12,246 bases of DNA, taken from positions 1-12,246 of the forward strand of contig CAXSGP010000121.1 of assembly GCA_964236955.1 (NCBI GenBank), in the 5' to 3' direction. Below, in pieces: positions 7,916 to 12,246 of this stretch; the stretch's first letter is position 1; each line of letters opens with the position of its first letter. The translations under genes and the position numbers were made by a program. The notes beneath the pieces are model-generated. The model saw only the letters and a program-made list of their open reading frames with translations. It was not told the DNA's origin and made no database searches. This DNA is from an uncultured Oligoflexus sp. GTDB taxonomy: Bacteria > Bdellovibrionota_B > Oligoflexia > Oligoflexales > Oligoflexaceae.

Positions 7916-9340
7916 TTAGAACTTTTCAATCGTTTTGAGAAGAGGCTTGAGGCTCAGCTTTCTATCGATACGGGATCGGTGCCGGATGTCGCGGACAATT
8001 GCGGCTTCATAGATGCCCTTGAGATGGGGAAATTCACGCCGGATCAGGGCGCTGTGCCTCAGGACGTGTTCCCCTATCAGAAAAGGCTCGTTTCGACTTG
8101 TTCGGCCGATAAAACAGGCGCTCGATTGAATCAGCCAGTAGATCCGCTGCTCATCGGCGAAATCCTCGGGTCTTTGAAAGCTTCGGCCGCAATGCCAAAG
8201 TCCGTCATCCTTCACCGCAATTCGATCGCCCATGTTATGCCAGATGCGGCCAGCTTCATCGCGCCGCTTGAGTGCGTGATCGACATTCGACGCCTGAACG
8301 TACTCTTCCGTGACGTGAGGCCCTGTCACCCAGAGCGTTTCAGCGGTAGCATCCATCGTAATTTCCGGAACCGCATGACCAAGGTAGGTGACCTGAAAGT
8401 ATTGGTTAGCACGGCAGATCGCTAAGGCCTGCCGCCCATCGGCATGCGAGACGGGTTCGACCTCGGTACTGCCGTAGATCAGCTCAATATTCGCATGGGG
8501 AAATCGTTTTATGGCCGAATCGAGGATATTGCAGTCCAGCAGCGCCCCGCCCACCCCGATCCAATCCAGATGTTCGAAGCCTTTTGTGGCGATCACTTTT
8601 TCTAGAAAAGCCGGACCACAGACGAGAGTGTGGGGGGCGATGGCCTTCGGCAATGAGCCCATTTCGTCCAAAACCTTCTTTGGCCATCTGGATGGCATGA
8701 GATACGTCCCCCGCCCGCGACTCAGATGATAGAACACCAGGTTGGGAAAAATGGCCATAGTCGGCTTAAGCTCGCCTTCGGGCTCAGAATCGAATTTGGA
8801 AAGAATATCAGTCACCACCTCCATGTATTGGTGGGTACGGGGAATACCCTTTGGAATGCCGCTTGTGCCAGAGGAGAAGGAGAGAATCGCGCGATGGGAG
8901 CCCGGCACTTCCTCACGAATAAAAGTCCTTGGATCGATTTCGTTCCCTACACTTTGGGGCCGGATCCAATGAGATATGCTACGGATTTCCGCGATTCGAG
9001 AAGCCCATATCCGGCCCAGTACCGGTGTCCAGAAGACCTTGGGCTGGGTTGTTCTTATAATATGATTGATTCGTTCCACAGGCAGCCAGGGCTCAACGAG
9101 GAGTATGGTGGCCCCCATGCTGACGGCTGCGATTGCCACAGCATAAAGTTGGGGGCCCGGTTTATCCAAAAGCAGGATATGGTCGCCGGCAGTGACGTTG
9201 AGTCTCTGCAACGCTCTTTGCGTTTTACGCACGAGCTCACCCAAAGCGGCAAAGGTAAAAAACCCTGATTTTGGTGTCCAGAGTGCCAACTTCGAAGGAT
9301 TCGCTTCGATCGTCTCGTAAAGGCCTGAGCTCCAATTCAT
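7916..9340 (-). CDS. AMP-binding adenylate-forming ligase, OleC-like subfamily
   Basis: P-loop FSSGTSGIPKG (~8846-8878), YGSTEVEP, WHNMGD, LWHCGR and C-terminal DIRHRSRID (compare OleC DIRHNAKI). The likely start is ATG 9340 (or 9346), giving ~474 aa. Confidence 0.88.
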   Translation of the reverse strand: MNWSSGLYETIEANPSKLALWTPKSGFFTFAALGELVRKTQRALQRLNVTAGDHILLLDKPGPQLYAVAIAAVSMGATILLVEPWLPVERINHIIRTTQPKVFWTPVLGRIWASRIAEIRSISHWIRPQSVGNEIDPRTFIREEVPGSHRAILSFSSGTSGIPKGIPRTHQYMEVVTDILSKFDSEPEGELKPTMAIFPNLVFYHLSRGRGTYLMPSRWPKKVLDEMGSLPKAIAPHTLVCGPAFLEKVIATKGFEHLDWIGVGGALLDCNILDSAIKRFPHANIELIYGSTEVEPVSHADGRQALAICRANQYFQVTYLGHAVPEITMDATAETLWVTGPHVTEEYVQASNVDHALKRRDEAGRIWHNMGDRIAVKDDGLWHCGRSFQRPEDFADEQRIYWLIQSSACFIGRTSRNEPFLIGEHVLRHSALIRREFPHLKGIYEAAIVRDIRHRSRIDRKLSLKPLLKTIEKF

Positions 9341-9582
9341 AATCATAACTTTCCGAAACCGACCCCGGAAAATCCAGCTAGTCGATCCAAAATCAAAATG
9401 GGAATGGATGTACCGACGATACAATCATCGATGAAAAGGCAGAATATGTCCCCCAAAAAAGGACAATGTCCACTTGCCAGACTAGCTTAACTAGCTAAAA
9501 ATATAAAGTGACTGAACCATGCGATGCGCTGAAGTGGCCATTATAGCTGAGCCATGGCCCAAACCTCCCGCCGCAGAATGAA

Positions 9583-9586
9583 GAGG
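9583..9586 (+). promoter_or_regulatory. Shine-Dalgarno site of the HMGR-fusion gene
   Basis: GAGG 5 nt upstream of ATG 9592. An in-frame TAG at 9544 bounds the ORF upstream. Confidence 0.65.
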
Positions 9587-9591
9587 CCCCC

Positions 9592-12246
9592 ATGAAGATT
9601 GATGATCGACGCAAGACTCCAAGACGCAAGATTGAAGCCAGCGAACGACTTAAGATTCGGTTCAGCTGGGGATCCCAAGAAATCTCGGCGGTCGTTCGGT
9701 CTTTGGATTTTAACGGCGTCTTGCTTATCTTTAGCGGTGACGTCAGCGCATTTGACGAACCCTACCCCGCGCCTTCGCTCGAAGCCTATGTCTCCAGTCC
9801 GCGCTGGCAAGGCGAACGGCAGCTGAAGAACCTGGTGGTAAAGCGCACGAGAAGCGTCAGCAAGGGGCGGGTTAAGATCTTTTTGCGGCCGGGCGACGAG
9901 GACGTCAAGGAAGTCCTCTGGAAGCTTGGATTTATTCTGGATAACAGCGATTCCCCCATCGATCGCCCGCGTCGAAGGAGTGAAGAGGAAACTCCCAAAA
10001 TCCCAGGCCGGGGCCACTACACGGAATCCTCGAGACGAAGTCGGGTGCAATTCATTCGGGAGGTCACCGCACTCCCCCTAGACCGCCTCGATTCGATCGA
10101 TCTTATACCGGAACGCCTGACCAGCAACATCGAGAATCTAGTCGGTTCGGTTGAGATACCCGTCGGTCTGGGCGGACCCCTTCTTTTCAACGGTGAACAG
10201 ACCAAGGGCATGATCTATGCACCTTTTGCGACAACGGAAGGAGCCCTGGTCGCTTCCGTTACCCGAGGCGCGACGGCTATCACACGATCGGGCGGGGTCT
10301 CCACGCGGGTTCTAAAGCAGCAGATGATGAGAGTGCCCTTCTTTCGCTTTCATCAGCTTGCCAGCGCTTTTGCCTTCACCCGATGGATCGAAGATCATAT
10401 CGAAGACATTCGTTCGCAAACCCACAAGGTTTCGCGCTACGCAAACCTCGTAGCACTCGATCCTCTGCTTAGCGGATCTGCCGTCCACGTTCGCTTCATC
10501 TACGAAACCGGCGATGCCGCGGGTCAAAATATGACCACAACCTGCACCTGGCATGCCTGCCTGTGGATTCTTGAGCAGCTCAAACGTCACGACGATATGC
10601 TGGTCGAGCATTTCATGATAGAGGCGAATGCCAGCGGCGATAAGAAGGTCAATCAAATGTCCTATCTCCAGGGGCGGGGGATGAGGGTCACAGCCGAGTG
10701 CTTCCTCTATGAAGAGGACCTCAACCGCATCCTTAAGGTGACCGGGCCTGATTTGGTCAATGCGTATCATCTTCTTGTCCAGGGCGCGATCCGCTCCGGG
10801 ACAATAGGGGTAAACGTCAATATTGCCAATGTGATCGGGGCCATCTTCACGGCCACGGGCCAGGATATCGCCTGTGTCCACGAATCTTCCATAGGCATAC
10901 TCAACGTCGAAAGTGCGCCTGGCGGAGTCTATGCGAGCATGCTTTTGCCATCGCTCATCATCGGCACGGTCGGCGGCGGCACCGGCCTACCCGACCAGAA
11001 TCTTTACCTGCAAATGATAGGATGCCGGGGCGCATCGCAATCCTGGCGACTTGGCGAAATTATCGCCGGCTATTGTCTGGCTTTGGATCTGTCCACACTC
11101 AGTGCGCTGGCTACCGGGCAATTTGCTACCGCCCATGAAAAACTCGGTCGCAACCGGCCGATTCAAAGCCTCACCTTTGAGGAGCTTAATACCGCGTTCT
11201 TCCAAAAAATCCTCGCGGCCGAACCATCGTTCCTTGCCTCGCCCCTTCGCTCCAGCAAGCACCTGGCTCGAAATGATGAAAACAACAGCATCATCACCGA
11301 ACTCACCTCGCGCCGCATAGCCAAACTTATCGGTCATTTCCCGATGGCTTTTGACCTCGAAGATGGATCCCATCTCAACGCCATGGTGAAGATAAAGGCC
11401 CTCGACTCCGAAGTCCTGGTCATGCTCAACACAGTCGCGTCCATGTGCCACCCGGTATTGGCCAAAGCCTTCCGCAGCCATAATCAAAATCTCGGTTTTA
11501 AAAACAATCACGTTCGTGAATTAGCCATCTTCCGCCAAACCGATCCAAGGTTCACCGAGCATGCTCCCAAGGTCTACGGCATCCTCGAAGACCCGACACG
11601 TGACATCTACCTGATCGTGATGGAGAACATCGAACACATCCGTTACATGAACACCGAGAATAAGCCTGAACTTTGGAATAGCGAAGCGATCGGAGCGGTC
11701 ATCTCCGGTCTCGCGCAATTGCAGGCCATCTGGTGGAAACGTGAAAGTGAGCTAAATTCAAAGCCTTGGATTGGCACGACGATGACGACTCAGGTCATGG
11801 TGGAGATGAGCGACCTTTGGAACGGCCTTAGCATTCATGCGGCTCAGGAATTTCCGGGGTGGTACGACCAGGACCTGCTTGAGATCAATGCTCAGCTGAT
11901 CCTAACTATTCCCGACTGGTATCCTGAACTTGACGCGATGCCGAAAACTTTGGGACATAATGACTTTAACCCCCGCAACCTGGGTCTCAGAGCCACGGAA
12001 ACCGGGTTCAAACTCTGCGCTTACGACTGGGAACTGGCATGCATACAAGTCCCCCAGCACGATCTTGCAGAATTTCTTCTCTTTGTGTTAAACAAAAAAT
12101 GCAGTATTCAAGACGTCGAACATTGGGTAGATACTCATCACAAAGCTCTGGAGGGAACGACCGGGGATGCGATCGATCTCAAGCAATGGCGCCGTGGATT
12201 CCATCTCTGCCTTTGCGATCTTATGATCCATCGGGTTCCGCTTTAT
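9592..12246 (+). CDS. Multidomain protein: PilZ-like N-terminus + class I HMG-CoA reductase-like domain + APH/choline-kinase-like phosphotransferase (3' end runs off the window)
   Basis: Manual translation gives 885 codons with no stop. HMGR motifs: IENLVGSVEIPVGLGGP, TTEGALVAS, TGDAAGQNM, SGDKK (DKK at 10639-10647), TGQDIACV, GTVGGGTG and AHEKLGR (His 11134-11136). Kinase motifs: MVKIK, RE, PKVY, IVME, HNDFNPRN (11956-11979), DWE (12025-12033) and HDLAEFL. The N-terminus has DDRRKTPR...SLDFNG. Confidence 0.93.
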   Translation, partial: MKIDDRRKTPRRKIEASERLKIRFSWGSQEISAVVRSLDFNGVLLIFSGDVSAFDEPYPAPSLEAYVSSPRWQGERQLKNLVVKRTRSVSKGRVKIFLRPGDEDVKEVLWKLGFILDNSDSPIDRPRRRSEEETPKIPGRGHYTESSRRSRVQFIREVTALPLDRLDSIDLIPERLTSNIENLVGSVEIPVGLGGPLLFNGEQTKGMIYAPFATTEGALVASVTRGATAITRSGGVSTRVLKQQMMRVPFFRFHQLASAFAFTRWIEDHIEDIRSQTHKVSRYANLVALDPLLSGSAVHVRFIYETGDAAGQNMTTTCTWHACLWILEQLKRHDDMLVEHFMIEANASGDKKVNQMSYLQGRGMRVTAECFLYEEDLNRILKVTGPDLVNAYHLLVQGAIRSGTIGVNVNIANVIGAIFTATGQDIACVHESSIGILNVESAPGGVYASMLLPSLIIGTVGGGTGLPDQNLYLQMIGCRGASQSWRLGEIIAGYCLALDLSTLSALATGQFATAHEKLGRNRPIQSLTFEELNTAFFQKILAAEPSFLASPLRSSKHLARNDENNSIITELTSRRIAKLIGHFPMAFDLEDGSHLNAMVKIKALDSEVLVMLNTVASMCHPVLAKAFRSHNQNLGFKNNHVRELAIFRQTDPRFTEHAPKVYGILEDPTRDIYLIVMENIEHIRYMNTENKPELWNSEAIGAVISGLAQLQAIWWKRESELNSKPWIGTTMTTQVMVEMSDLWNGLSIHAAQEFPGWYDQDLLEINAQLILTIPDWYPELDAMPKTLGHNDFNPRNLGLRATETGFKLCAYDWELACIQVPQHDLAEFLLFVLNKKCSIQDVEHWVDTHHKALEGTTGDAIDLKQWRRGFHLCLCDLMIHRVPLY

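Noticed and set aside
7039..9268. Antisense and alternate-frame ORFs inside the GNAT and ligase genes
   Set aside because: They overlap well-supported CDSs and carry no motifs.
9541..11718. Minus-strand and alternate-frame ORFs in this interval (e.g. 9541-10050, 10312-10881, 10987-11511)
   Set aside because: Shadows of the motif-rich 9592..>12246 gene.
9592..12246. Calling the gene hmgA/mvaA of a standard mevalonate operon
   Set aside because: No other mevalonate genes are in the window, there are extra domains, and pocket residues are altered; the function is unproven, so no symbol is assigned.

Overview
Bacterial accessory region of roughly mid GC. The style of the secreted proteins and lipoproteins is reminiscent of Bdellovibrionota/Oligoflexia, but that is an impression only. 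The left part (1-5300) has a ~120-bp palindromic, ERIC/MITE-like repeat (one partial and two full copies). Two inverted copies bracket a secreted plant-GulLO-like FAD oxidase. It also has an NlpC/P60-like lipoprotein, a small secreted protein, an N-terminally truncated SRPBCC remnant and an unannotated 41-aa membrane microprotein. The right part (5683 to the window end) is the most interesting: an atypical UbiA-like membrane transferase (-), a GNAT acyltransferase (+), an OleC-like AMP-ligase (-) and a >=885-aa ORF absent from the supplied ORF track (9592..>12246, +). That ORF fuses a degenerate PilZ-like N-terminus, a class I HMG-CoA reductase-fold domain with intact catalytic residues but an apparently altered HMG-carboxylate pocket, and an APH/choline-kinase-like phosphotransferase. 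Together the four genes suggest an uncharacterised activate-reduce-phosphorylate-transfer lipid or metabolite pathway. All assignments come from manual motif reading; no database searches were run.
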